Virus record (IMG/VR): IMGVR_UViG_3300027863_000006
DNA length: 44,751 nucleotides
Source: a virus
Reading direction: 5' to 3' (one strand)
Below are positions 14,233-23,775 of the stretch, piece after piece. The notes under the pieces were generated by a model, which was not told the origin of the DNA, searched no databases, and saw only the letters and a program-made list of their open reading frames with translations. Position 1 is the stretch's first letter, and the number at the start of each line of letters is the position of its first letter. A program made the position numbers and the translations under genes.

Positions 14233-15009
14233 TCAGTGTTGCTTACCAAGAATGAAGTAATCTACAACAAATGCCGCCGCTAAACCTAAGCTCGCCCCAA
14301 TAATAGCATGCTTTAGTTTACCTCCTGCGGATATACCTACAGTAGCTCCAGTCCCGGCAGCATAGATGTAGGTTGTTGGCTTCAAATGTGCGGTCTCATC
14401 AGAGACGAACGCACTTCTTATTGCTCCAATAAGGTTATACTTTGTTTGTGGCATGGCTACCTCGAATGTTGCATTGTTAATCGTGGTGTATGGCGAATAA
14501 CTTACAACATATCCCCTGACCAACCCCAATTTCTGAAGAGTAATAACAACGTTTACTGAGTCACGAACCCAGAGCTTATCTAAAAAGATGTCGCTTGCTA
14601 CTGAGTCTCTCAGAAGAATGTTCCCCGAGAACCTTACCCATGGATTTGAGTAATCGAATCTACCATTTCTAAGATGGATATAAACCGATTCAACTTTTGT
14701 GGTTTGACTTATCGAACTTAAGGTTAGTATTTCCGCTTTATCTTTCTCGATAACCTTCTTGAGCTGGGTATTCTCAGTCTCTACCTCTTCTTTTACAAAA
14801 GCAAGCCGTGTATAGGCTTGTTCAGAGATCTTAAGAAGAGTATCCCGTTTAGCGAGCTCATTTTGTAAGGCATTAACCTTTTGTGACAATGATGTAATGT
14901 ATGAGCTTACCGATGCAACCACTCCAACAATAATGATTAGAGATACAATACCAATCCAGAACCATTTACTATTGACTATCTGCCCGATTAGTAACTTAAG
15001 CCAGTTCAT
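14233..15009 (-). CDS. Membrane protein with coiled coil. Spanin-like or virion membrane-interacting.
   Basis: N-terminal TM WFWIGIVSLIIIVGVVASV, coiled coil LSQKVNALQNELAKRD...ENTQLKKVIEKDKAE, and a C-terminal hydrophobic segment IIGASLGLAAAFVV. The start was chosen at MNWLK; the tracked start at 15105 lies inside the SLT gene. Confidence 0.5.
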   Translation of the reverse strand: MNWLKLLIGQIVNSKWFWIGIVSLIIIVGVVASVSSYITSLSQKVNALQNELAKRDTLLKISEQAYTRLAFVKEEVETENTQLKKVIEKDKAEILTLSSISQTTKVESVYIHLRNGRFDYSNPWVRFSGNILLRDSVASDIFLDKLWVRDSVNVVITLQKLGLVRGYVVSYSPYTTINNATFEVAMPQTKYNLIGAIRSAFVSDETAHLKPTTYIYAAGTGATVGISAGGKLKHAIIGASLGLAAAFVVDYFILGKQH

Positions 15010-15517
15010 GTTCCTCAATAAGCTCCCTATCATTTGTGATGTTATCAACATACTTTTGGGTTTCTTTGGGTATGTAAGGATAGATGTTGACAAACATCTT
15101 TTCATTCGGGCTGTGCTTCAAAATGCAGTCCATAACATGCCCTAAACCCCAATTGTATGAGGCAAGAGCAAACTTCTCGGCTTCCTTTAGCTCATACCCA
15201 TATTTCAAGAAGTGCTTCTGGAGATTAGAGAACTCATAGATACCAGCCTTTAAGTTTTGCTTGAGATCAAAGATGTTCGGGTTTTGAAAACCTAACTTCT
15301 CCGCATTGTATTGAAATACCCTCGGAAGCATCTGCCTTATACCTGAAGCACCGCTTCTCTTGTTGAATGCATTCGGATCAAACATGCTCTCATAATATGT
15401 CTGGGCAAGCATCAACCGAGCGTCAACTCCATACTCGTCAGAGTATAGACCGATTAACTCAACAACTCTATCCGCTGGAATCTTTTTCCATTTCTTAGGA
15501 AAAGTGTAAATTATCAT
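14996..15517 (-). CDS. Lytic transglycosylase (SLT domain)
   Basis: AQTYYESMFDPNAFNKRSGASGIRQMLP carries the catalytic ES, followed by ASYNWGLGHV. ATGA coupling to the upstream 2063-aa gene. Confidence 0.85.
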   Translation of the reverse strand: MIIYTFPKKWKKIPADRVVELIGLYSDEYGVDARLMLAQTYYESMFDPNAFNKRSGASGIRQMLPRVFQYNAEKLGFQNPNIFDLKQNLKAGIYEFSNLQKHFLKYGYELKEAEKFALASYNWGLGHVMDCILKHSPNEKMFVNIYPYIPKETQKYVDNITNDRELIEEHELA

Positions 15518-18500
15518 TGTTCTTCCTCTCCCGTTTCTTCTAACTCTTGTGCCTCCTCTTCTGTCGGGGGCTCTCCACGCTTAAGGCGTGCAATTTGACC
15601 CGGTGTATATTGTCTGCTCAATCTCTCCTCCCACGCCTTTTGCAGTTCCCAATATGATTTTTCTCCTCCTCTTAAGAGGATACCATGTCTTCCACGATAT
15701 TGTTCAGCAAGAACCTGCCGGGTATACCAATAAAGATTCCAAAGGTAAGGGAGGTCTTGATTATCCCTCGCCTTACCCATGAATATTTTCTGTGCAGGGG
15801 TTAGCCCACCCATATAGCGAGGATAATTGTGCCTTTTAAGGTCTAACTGCCCTAACTCTCGCCATGTTCTCGCATCTTTAAGGTCTTTTAAGATCTCATC
15901 GTCCGCAAATACCTCGGGATGGTTCTTTACGGCATTATCAGCCGCATGTATGAAAATGTCTTCTGGTATTGATCTAAGACCTAACAGGTTTGCAGCCGCA
16001 TCTACAAAAGGATTAGCATTGTAAATTGGATTATCTGTCTTAGTAACATACTCAAACAATGGATGCAATAAGCTCTGTGTCCATATAGGTGTAAAGCTGT
16101 CTATAAGTAGATTTCCACCCATTATTCCTATATTCTGGAAGGGTTCACCTATAAATGATGCCAGACTTACCGTACGCATTCCCATTTGCACCAATGGCGA
16201 TGCCCGTTGCATGAAAAAGTTTGCAATCGGCTGAAGAGTTGAAACCCACTTCTCACGGGCGTCCTTGTATTTATTCCCAAATACATCCATACCAGCTATC
16301 ATCGCCGTCTTGAACAATGCGTAAAATACACCGCCCAAACCAACACGAACACCGCCAAGCTTGAATGTCATGAATGTTATTGGGTCGGTGGGGTCAAGCT
16401 GAGGTTCCTGACCTGTAAGCTTGCATAATCCATAGTAGAAGGCAGCCTGACCAACCATTAAGCTAATAATACCTTTTAACGCCTGCACCGACTCTATATC
16501 ACCCCTCAGAACCATCCCGATATAGTTAAATGAAGCACGCAAATAGCCCGGCGTGGCAAAGAGTGCTCTCTCAACCATCCGCTGCCATATAGGGACTCCA
16601 GCTAAACGTGTATCATACTGCATTGTCATCTTATTGACAAAGTTCCCCAATTCTCCCTCTTTATGGTGTCTGACAAATAGTGGCTCATAAGCTTTAGCAA
16701 GCTCAATACGCATTACATTGCCAGACATTGCAAAGTGACGCTCAAAGGGAGTGAGAACTTCCTCAAAAAGATGTATAGGAGCATGGAAAACTTTCCCCAA
16801 AGTAGTTTTAGGTGTTCCCTTGACCAAAGTTGTGTGCAAACCAAGGTAAAATTCCTGAGTTCCAAGCATTATATCAGGATAGTTCTTTACTATCCTGAGG
16901 TTCTCTGGCTTCATAATCCACTTCGCCCATGTGTCGGGTTTGAGAAAGTGTTCTAACCCTAATGCCATTGATTTACTCCACAGGTAGGGATGGCTTACCA
17001 GATGCGGCAGCAGTTGGATGAATCCATTGGAGAAGTCGCCCGCAAGGGTTGAGGAAGTCATCAGTGCGTTTGCATCAGCAATTGTTTTTAGTGATGAGTA
17101 TTTTGCGGTCTCCTCATGTCCAGCGAGTCGCCGTAACACTTTTGCTACTTCAGCAGGAAACGCTAAATCTCTAAAATCGCTAATACTGTAAACCCGCTCC
17201 ATTCCTGCAAGGGGGCTTTTAGCCTGGCTGTCTATAACTGCGGCTTGACGTCGTAGTTCGCTCGCATTTCTTTTCATTTTTGACATATAAAATCCTAACT
17301 CAGGCTTAAGCTTTTCAGCTTCTACTAATCTATCTACTTTATCTTCCTTTAAAGCAATATTATCAAGCCATTCCATTAGAGGAAATTCTATCTTATTTGC
17401 AAGTTCTCTTATTTCTGCTGGGTGCTGACCACTTGAGGGCAGTCCCGCCTTCGCTAATTTATCTATGTAAGGGAACATTATTTTTGTAAGTTGTTCTCTG
17501 TTATGATCAAGTGCGTCAGCTTCGGTTCTTATTTGTTTAGCCGCCTCAGTTGTCTTTACCCCCAATGGTCTGACATCTTTTTTATACATAGAATCAGCGA
17601 TGTCACGATAATAGTATTTGAGTTCCTCAACATAATTTGCAATAAGATCCGTTGAATAACGTATACCTTTCTCAACTCCGTACGCCTCAAGGGCATACTC
17701 ACGTAGTGCGGTTGGGGAACTTCCGACAACTTCAATATCAGGTTCCGCTCCTAATACAAGACGGTGAGCAGTGATACCGCCAACGTTAAATGGGTCTGTA
17801 TACTTTGGGTAAGGTTTATCACCCGCCTCTTTTCTAAGTGCATTCCCACGTGCCCGCATTTTATTCATTGCAATGTCATAGATATTGCGGAGTGCTCTTA
17901 ATTCCTTAGGGACATTGTCAAACATGTGAATGTACTCAAAGACATCAAGGGGGGTAAAGAACTTCGGGACTTCTTTTTCTCGTATATGAGGCAACGCCCT
18001 TTCAATGGCTTCAAGAAACTCTTTCTTCGGGGTAGCTACATGCTGGTAACCTTTCTCATCAACCTTCATTATCTTCGGGATATTGCCTATTATTTTATGC
18101 AACATCGCCTCAGTTACACCACCTATGTTGGTAGGAATAGCATGACGCCTGATTAACCATCTCGCCGAGGCATCACGAACGATATTAGCTTCACGACTTT
18201 CATACTTTGTGGCTATAGGGTTAACCCATCCCTTAACTAACTGAACAGCTTTCCAGATAGCCCCATGACGCTTCTCTTCCTCGGGTATAAGCTTGTCCCC
18301 ATCAGGCGACTTCGCAAAGAACTTGAGAATCCTTTTATGAAGGTCTCCGTGCTTTATTCTCATATTCAGGTAATGGTCACTGGGAACCAGAGATGCGGGG
18401 TCTAACAAGAAATCCAGAGGTGCTCGTATTTTATCCTGCCCTACAACCTGAGAATAAGCTTTTATCGCCTCTTTGAATATCCGTTCAACTTTCTTGTCAA

Positions 18501-21500
18501 AGAGCATGGGATAGTCACGCTTCAAGGCGTCACGGAACTCACTGAATCTAACATACCCATTCTGAAGAAGCCGAACCCCATATCTAATCATCCTTATATC
18601 AACAGGAAAGATAAACGAAGGAAGAGCATGTTTAAATATCTCGTTTAACTCATTAATGATGTTATCGAAATAGGGTTTAAGACCAGCGGGGGCTTGTCCC
18701 GTTTCCATGTACTTACGAACCGCTTTAGGGTCAAAAATCTTGTTAATATTCTTAATGGCGTTGGGTTCATCCAACTTGAGAATTATATCCGCTAAGTATT
18801 TAGCTGCTTCGGGGCTTATGTCCTGAAAACGGGTGGTTAGTAAATCAACAAGACCTTTCATACCCTCCTCGGGATTAGCTTTAACCGCTTCCACAACCTG
18901 TCTTCCCTCAGGAGTATTAAGCATGGTATATACTATACCACCCGCTTGCTTCAATGTGGCATTCTTTACTCTGTCAAAAGTTTTTTTAGGATTTTCTCTG
19001 AGCTGTTGTAGTCGGTTTTCCACCCCCTCTCTAACACTGGCGTTTGCCTCGTCTAACGCCTCTATACTACTCTCTCTAACGACTTGCTTTATTACCTCAC
19101 TTGTCGGTTCTCCCTCCTCGGATATTATTCCCTCCTTTCTCATATCCTCAAACGCAGCCAGCTTTGCAGCCTCAGCCTCCTCTTCAGTAATCTTCTTTTT
19201 GGGCCTACCCCTCCCCTTACCACCCCTTGTTACCTTTTCTTTACCTACTATAACTTGAATTCCGAACATGCGGCTTAGTTCTTTTGCCGCATAACTTAAC
19301 GCTTCCCCCTCCTCAGAAGGTCGCCCAGGCGTCTCCTCTTTTACCATCTCCTTAACCAACTTCTCTGTTTCATCCATTGCCCGATTTACATCTGCCCAAT
19401 CTCGATCAACATTCTCCGCATCAGCTATAGCGGCGGCTTCTTCTCTACTTATATTTGGGTTCTCCTTCTGTATCTCAAGTATCCTCCGCATACGTATCAT
19501 ATACTCGGTTTCAGGACTATGCTTGGCTACAAATCGACTCACAGGGAAATACGCTTCTGATATACGCCGTGCTTCGTTCTTTACATGATACACCCCTTGG
19601 GTGGGATCATAACTAACTACTGTCCATTTTCGACCACGCACATCAATTACTTCATCGCCCTTTTTATACTCAGGGGGCTCGTATGTGAGTTTAACTTTGA
19701 CAGGGGGTTTCTTCCTAGAGACGGAGGGTTTCTTCTTAGAGACGGGGGGTTTCTTCTCGGGGATGGGTAGCACCCCACCTTGGGGTACTTCAGCTTTAGC
19801 CTCAGGTGCTTTAGCTTCAGCTTTAACCTCCTCACGAGCATTCTCCATAGCTCTCAGAGCAGTTATATCCTTGACAGGAGCATACTCTCCAAAATAGACC
19901 TCCTTGAGCACTCTTCCAAACAGCTCCTCTTCCGAAAAGGCTGGCGTCTCCCTTGCCACCATCTCGTAAATATGATTCCACTCTTCATCCGTCTTAGCCG
20001 CCTTCATAGCCTCAATTATCTGCTTAGGAAGACTCCCCGTGAGTCTGTTCCCTATTATTCTATTCAGCTTGTTGGTAAGTTCTGTGCGGGTAGGTTCATC
20101 TGCGACTAATCTCTTTGTTGCTTCTATAATCGTTACTGGATCTGCCCCTTCGGGATATGCAACTTTACCCTGCTCTATTGCATCTGCAAGCCAAAGCCAC
20201 CCCTTCTCTGCTGATTCAGGGGGACCCTGGTAAATAAGATTACCCTTATTGTCAAACTTAAGGTTCCTCAGAAATCCGTATAGCTCTCTGAGCCGCTCGG
20301 GATCAGGAGTGTCTTTACGAACAGCCTTAGGTACATCCTGATGTTCTATAGCCGTTCTAAGTGCCTTCTGACCCTCCTTTATCATTTGTTCAGCCTGTTC
20401 TGGGGTTATCTTCCCAGCCCTTTCGGAAGGGGCAGCAGCTTCAGTTTGTGCCGCCTGTGCCCTAATACGGTTAGCTCTCGCCTCCGCTGCTTTACGGATC
20501 TTATTGATTTGCTCTTCTTCCTTTGGAGTCTCAGCTATAGTGAAGATCTCAGCCTCTTCCTCGGGGGAGGTTGTTATCGAACTTGTCGCTTCAAGTATCT
20601 TCGCAGCAGCATCGGATGGGGACTCACCTGTCCTAAGACCACGCAACGCTATCTTTGTCTTAACCGTTTCAGCAAGCTTAAGAGCTTTAGGAACACCCTT
20701 TGCTACAGCTCCCCCAACCACAATAGGACCAAGCCCAATAAGCTCAGATATGGTTTGCTTCCAATCCTCTGATAGATTTGGGTTCTTCTCAAGATATTGG
20801 CTTGCAACAGTCGCAACAAGTCCAGTTCCACCAATAATTGCGGCTGGAACTAAGCCCAATGCCAGTGCGGGTGCAAATGTAGAAATGTTAGATATAATCT
20901 GAGCAGCGTGTTTATTATCAATTATCCTCTCAGCAACGGTTTCGGTGGGTTCAGATAAGGCTCCAGACAAGTATGTCATACCCGCAACAGGCTCACCTCC
21001 AACAGCACCTACCGCAAACAGAAGGTTGGCAATACCAAGTCCAGCATTTATCCCTGCTAACACATAATCCTTTTTTGCTACCGCACGCTCGATTGTCCGA
21101 ATCTTATCATATTCAAGCGGAACAACTTGAGCTATCGGAATAAAACTGAGGGCTATTCTGGTGAGCTGATCCATCTCTGTCTTTATACGGCGAGACTCCT
21201 CTTCCATCTGCTCCTTGGAAACAGCTATACCCGGTGGGGGACCAAGCTTTGCCAGCTCTCCCTTTGCCTTTGCTATCTCTTCTGGGGTCTGAGGTAGTTT
21301 AACCTTTGCTAACTCTTCGGGCGTGCCTTTATATCGGGGAGCCTGAATCTCCATCCCGGGAATGACGTAACCCGCACCGGGAACATACTCACCACCCTCC
21401 AATCTTGATACCTCCTGAGCCTTCTTAACTTCTTCTGGGGTGGGTTCTTTGTGGGGAACGGCAACTTTCTTAGCCCCTACAGCAGGTGTGTCAGGGGAAA

Positions 21501-21705
21501 AGAATTTATCGAACTCCTCAAAAGGAGGAACAACAAGATTAGAGTCCTTACTCAGTATAGTCCACATAGCACGGCGAGCATCGGGGTTTATGAGAAGTTG
21601 ACTGAACTTATTATAGTCAACTCCCTCCATTCTGCCGGGTGTGGCTTTCTTAAGAGAATTAAAGAGAGCTTTAGATTTCTCTTCAAATGTATAGTTATCA
21701 GCCAT
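15514..21705 (-). CDS. Giant (2063 aa) virion internal / DNA-ejection-like protein
   Basis: A single uninterrupted ORF. Gly/Ala-rich hydrophobic segments occur near the N-terminus (GINAGLGIANLLFAVGAVGG, LALGLVPAAIIGGTGLVATV) and the C-terminus (GGVRVGLGGVFYALFKTAMIAG). There is a K/P-rich repeat linker. The position next to SLT resembles podovirus core proteins. Confidence 0.55.
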   Translation of the reverse strand: MADNYTFEEKSKALFNSLKKATPGRMEGVDYNKFSQLLINPDARRAMWTILSKDSNLVVPPFEEFDKFFSPDTPAVGAKKVAVPHKEPTPEEVKKAQEVSRLEGGEYVPGAGYVIPGMEIQAPRYKGTPEELAKVKLPQTPEEIAKAKGELAKLGPPPGIAVSKEQMEEESRRIKTEMDQLTRIALSFIPIAQVVPLEYDKIRTIERAVAKKDYVLAGINAGLGIANLLFAVGAVGGEPVAGMTYLSGALSEPTETVAERIIDNKHAAQIISNISTFAPALALGLVPAAIIGGTGLVATVASQYLEKNPNLSEDWKQTISELIGLGPIVVGGAVAKGVPKALKLAETVKTKIALRGLRTGESPSDAAAKILEATSSITTSPEEEAEIFTIAETPKEEEQINKIRKAAEARANRIRAQAAQTEAAAPSERAGKITPEQAEQMIKEGQKALRTAIEHQDVPKAVRKDTPDPERLRELYGFLRNLKFDNKGNLIYQGPPESAEKGWLWLADAIEQGKVAYPEGADPVTIIEATKRLVADEPTRTELTNKLNRIIGNRLTGSLPKQIIEAMKAAKTDEEWNHIYEMVARETPAFSEEELFGRVLKEVYFGEYAPVKDITALRAMENAREEVKAEAKAPEAKAEVPQGGVLPIPEKKPPVSKKKPSVSRKKPPVKVKLTYEPPEYKKGDEVIDVRGRKWTVVSYDPTQGVYHVKNEARRISEAYFPVSRFVAKHSPETEYMIRMRRILEIQKENPNISREEAAAIADAENVDRDWADVNRAMDETEKLVKEMVKEETPGRPSEEGEALSYAAKELSRMFGIQVIVGKEKVTRGGKGRGRPKKKITEEEAEAAKLAAFEDMRKEGIISEEGEPTSEVIKQVVRESSIEALDEANASVREGVENRLQQLRENPKKTFDRVKNATLKQAGGIVYTMLNTPEGRQVVEAVKANPEEGMKGLVDLLTTRFQDISPEAAKYLADIILKLDEPNAIKNINKIFDPKAVRKYMETGQAPAGLKPYFDNIINELNEIFKHALPSFIFPVDIRMIRYGVRLLQNGYVRFSEFRDALKRDYPMLFDKKVERIFKEAIKAYSQVVGQDKIRAPLDFLLDPASLVPSDHYLNMRIKHGDLHKRILKFFAKSPDGDKLIPEEEKRHGAIWKAVQLVKGWVNPIATKYESREANIVRDASARWLIRRHAIPTNIGGVTEAMLHKIIGNIPKIMKVDEKGYQHVATPKKEFLEAIERALPHIREKEVPKFFTPLDVFEYIHMFDNVPKELRALRNIYDIAMNKMRARGNALRKEAGDKPYPKYTDPFNVGGITAHRLVLGAEPDIEVVGSSPTALREYALEAYGVEKGIRYSTDLIANYVEELKYYYRDIADSMYKKDVRPLGVKTTEAAKQIRTEADALDHNREQLTKIMFPYIDKLAKAGLPSSGQHPAEIRELANKIEFPLMEWLDNIALKEDKVDRLVEAEKLKPELGFYMSKMKRNASELRRQAAVIDSQAKSPLAGMERVYSISDFRDLAFPAEVAKVLRRLAGHEETAKYSSLKTIADANALMTSSTLAGDFSNGFIQLLPHLVSHPYLWSKSMALGLEHFLKPDTWAKWIMKPENLRIVKNYPDIMLGTQEFYLGLHTTLVKGTPKTTLGKVFHAPIHLFEEVLTPFERHFAMSGNVMRIELAKAYEPLFVRHHKEGELGNFVNKMTMQYDTRLAGVPIWQRMVERALFATPGYLRASFNYIGMVLRGDIESVQALKGIISLMVGQAAFYYGLCKLTGQEPQLDPTDPITFMTFKLGGVRVGLGGVFYALFKTAMIAGMDVFGNKYKDAREKWVSTLQPIANFFMQRASPLVQMGMRTVSLASFIGEPFQNIGIMGGNLLIDSFTPIWTQSLLHPLFEYVTKTDNPIYNANPFVDAAANLLGLRSIPEDIFIHAADNAVKNHPEVFADDEILKDLKDARTWRELGQLDLKRHNYPRYMGGLTPAQKIFMGKARDNQDLPYLWNLYWYTRQVLAEQYRGRHGILLRGGEKSYWELQKAWEERLSRQYTPGQIARLKRGEPPTEEEAQELEETGEEEQ
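19705..19767. repeat. Three tandem 21-nt repeats inside the giant gene
   Basis: gggtttcttcctagagacgga / gggtttcttcttagagacggg / gggtttcttctcggggatggg. On the minus strand these encode KKPPVSKKKPSVSRKKPP. Confidence 0.85.
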
Positions 21706-23045
21706 TATTTCTTCCTCTTGCTTTCCTCAAGAGACTTCATAACCTCCTGATAAAGGTTCAGCCTCGCTGGTGGTTGAGTTCCACCTGCAGGTGCCCGTGG
21801 TGTCGGCTGTGGAACTGGTTGAGTCGCAGGGGTTTCCGTCCCAGGTGTTTCTGTCCCAGGCGTTGGAGTTCCTTGTGGCAGAGTAGAACCTTCTGGGAGG
21901 GTATATGAGCTTCTCCACGATCCACTAATTGATGTGTTTCCACCTCCGGGTATGTATGAAGATGGAGGTGCTAAAAGTTGACCCTGTATATCCTCTCGAA
22001 GTTTCTTAAGTTGAGAAACAGCACTGTTTATACGGGGATCAGTAGGGTTCTCACCATACTTGGCTATGTATCTGTTAAGATCTGCGTCAATCATCTCATT
22101 CACGCTTTGTGCAGCATTCTGGCGAGTCCACGTCCCACCTATACGCTCACTCAATGCACCTATATCCATTGTAAGAGCAGCTATTTCAGCAACTAAAGCC
22201 GCTTTAGTAGGGGCAAAGTCTCTCTCCATCTTGTTGGGGTCCTTCTCTCCCTTTGTCCCTGTGTAGCTCTCGGTAGTAGAGGGTTTTGTCATCTCAACCC
22301 ATCTCTTCTTTAGATCCTCAATCATTGCCTCTTTTCTTTTGATCTCATCCAAAATCCATTTTCTCTCATCTTCCTGCTGCTTCATTGCGAATCGAGCGGC
22401 TTCTCCAGCGGCAGCTACATGATACTGCCCGGTTATCTGGGTCTTTGCTATCTCTGTCGCATGTCCATAAACATCTCTCAATATCGTTGTAAGCTTATCT
22501 ATAATATCCTGAGGAGGCTCAAGACCCAAGGTTCTATATGTATCAAACATCTTTAATGCATTCGCCAGCATAGCTTGAAATGCAGAGATTCCAACCACAT
22601 TCTTATACTTACCGATAGCCTGCTGTATCCCTTTATCATCTACAGCACCCTCCAATGACTGCAATCCCTTATATATCCCATCAAGTAGCTTCTGAGTAAT
22701 AGTCGCAGAAATAAGAGCATTGCTTATCTTACCCATAGCCTCCGTTGGGTCAGGAGCACCCGCACCTCCGGGTATGAGAGATAAAGGCGACGTCGCTGCA
22801 GGGGACTCCATCTGCCTCTGGAATACATCTAATGCTGAGGAGATCTCCGCAACCCTACCTTCGGGCAAACCTTGCTCCCGTGCCCGCTGAAGTTGCTGAG
22901 CCATTTGGGAAACGAACTGCTCAGAGACAGCTCGGTTATATTGAGCCTGCTTGATACGCAATATCGTATTAGCAAGCTCAGTAAGGGAACTGCTCATTCC
23001 CTTACCATATTCAAGCTCTTTTAACTCAGATGCGAGTCCCGGCAT
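21705..23045 (-). CDS. Virion internal-protein candidate
   Basis: 446 aa, helical and Q/A-rich, with a C-terminal TPTPGTETPGTETPATQPVPQPTP low-complexity tail. The stop overlaps the giant gene start as TAATG. Confidence 0.45.
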   Translation of the reverse strand: MPGLASELKELEYGKGMSSSLTELANTILRIKQAQYNRAVSEQFVSQMAQQLQRAREQGLPEGRVAEISSALDVFQRQMESPAATSPLSLIPGGAGAPDPTEAMGKISNALISATITQKLLDGIYKGLQSLEGAVDDKGIQQAIGKYKNVVGISAFQAMLANALKMFDTYRTLGLEPPQDIIDKLTTILRDVYGHATEIAKTQITGQYHVAAAGEAARFAMKQQEDERKWILDEIKRKEAMIEDLKKRWVEMTKPSTTESYTGTKGEKDPNKMERDFAPTKAALVAEIAALTMDIGALSERIGGTWTRQNAAQSVNEMIDADLNRYIAKYGENPTDPRINSAVSQLKKLREDIQGQLLAPPSSYIPGGGNTSISGSWRSSYTLPEGSTLPQGTPTPGTETPGTETPATQPVPQPTPRAPAGGTQPPARLNLYQEVMKSLEESKRKK

Positions 23046-23056
23046 TAGACTTCACC

Positions 23057-23767
23057 TCACATAAGAAATGGTAAAATGTATGGTGCTAATTGAAATCCTG
23101 TTTGTAGCAACGACATAATATCCGCAAACGGGCTTGATGTGCTTGCCCCCGCAGCTCCATAGGTCTTGGCTCGTATCTGTTGTTCGAGTAGATTCATTAC
23201 CATTTGTGCGGCAGCCCGCTGACTTTCGTCAGCAGCTTGCATGATGGTAACCTCCTGACCCATACGAGCTACATCTATTGGTGTCCTCGCTTGCTGGACA
23301 AGTGCCTCCGCAGGAGCACCATAGATCCCGGATGCTAATGACCTCTGACGTGCGGCTGACTGAGCCTGACCAACCTGAGAACCATAAACAGCATTAACCG
23401 CCTGACGGAGCTGGTCGGCTGTCAGCGGTGTATAACCTATCAGACGGGATAGGTCTGAGATATTTCTGACATTCGGGACTGCTTGTCCCATCTGCTGAAA
23501 AGCCTTCTGCTGAGGGGATGTAAATAACCCAAGTGCATTCCCTAATGGATAAAGAGTTGCCAACCCACCACCAAGCAGAAAAGGTAGATACTGCATCCAG
23601 TTACTCTCCTGACCAAATCCCGGAGCTGAGGGAACGTTCGCCATTGGTGGATTGTAATACCACGCAGTATCTCGTGGATTTTGGTATGTGTCAAAAGGGG
23701 CACTTTCAAAACCCCTCGGAGACATAGAGGTAATATCATAATTATTCCAACTATTCGGCATTTCCAA
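23057..23767 (-). CDS. Virion protein candidate with hydrophobic segments
   Basis: 236 aa. It contains LPFLLGGGLATLYPLGNALGLF and a C-terminal LAPYILPFLM. It sits inside the structural block. Confidence 0.45.
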   Translation of the reverse strand: MEMPNSWNNYDITSMSPRGFESAPFDTYQNPRDTAWYYNPPMANVPSAPGFGQESNWMQYLPFLLGGGLATLYPLGNALGLFTSPQQKAFQQMGQAVPNVRNISDLSRLIGYTPLTADQLRQAVNAVYGSQVGQAQSAARQRSLASGIYGAPAEALVQQARTPIDVARMGQEVTIMQAADESQRAAAQMVMNLLEQQIRAKTYGAAGASTSSPFADIMSLLQTGFQLAPYILPFLM

Positions 23768-23775
23768 ATACCTCC

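Noticed and set aside
15588-21750. Numerous antisense ORFs inside the 2063-aa gene (for example 18833..19258, 20341..20772, 20504..20902)
   Set aside because: These are shadow frames of a long coding region. They have low-complexity Ser/Leu/Phe-rich products and no RBS.
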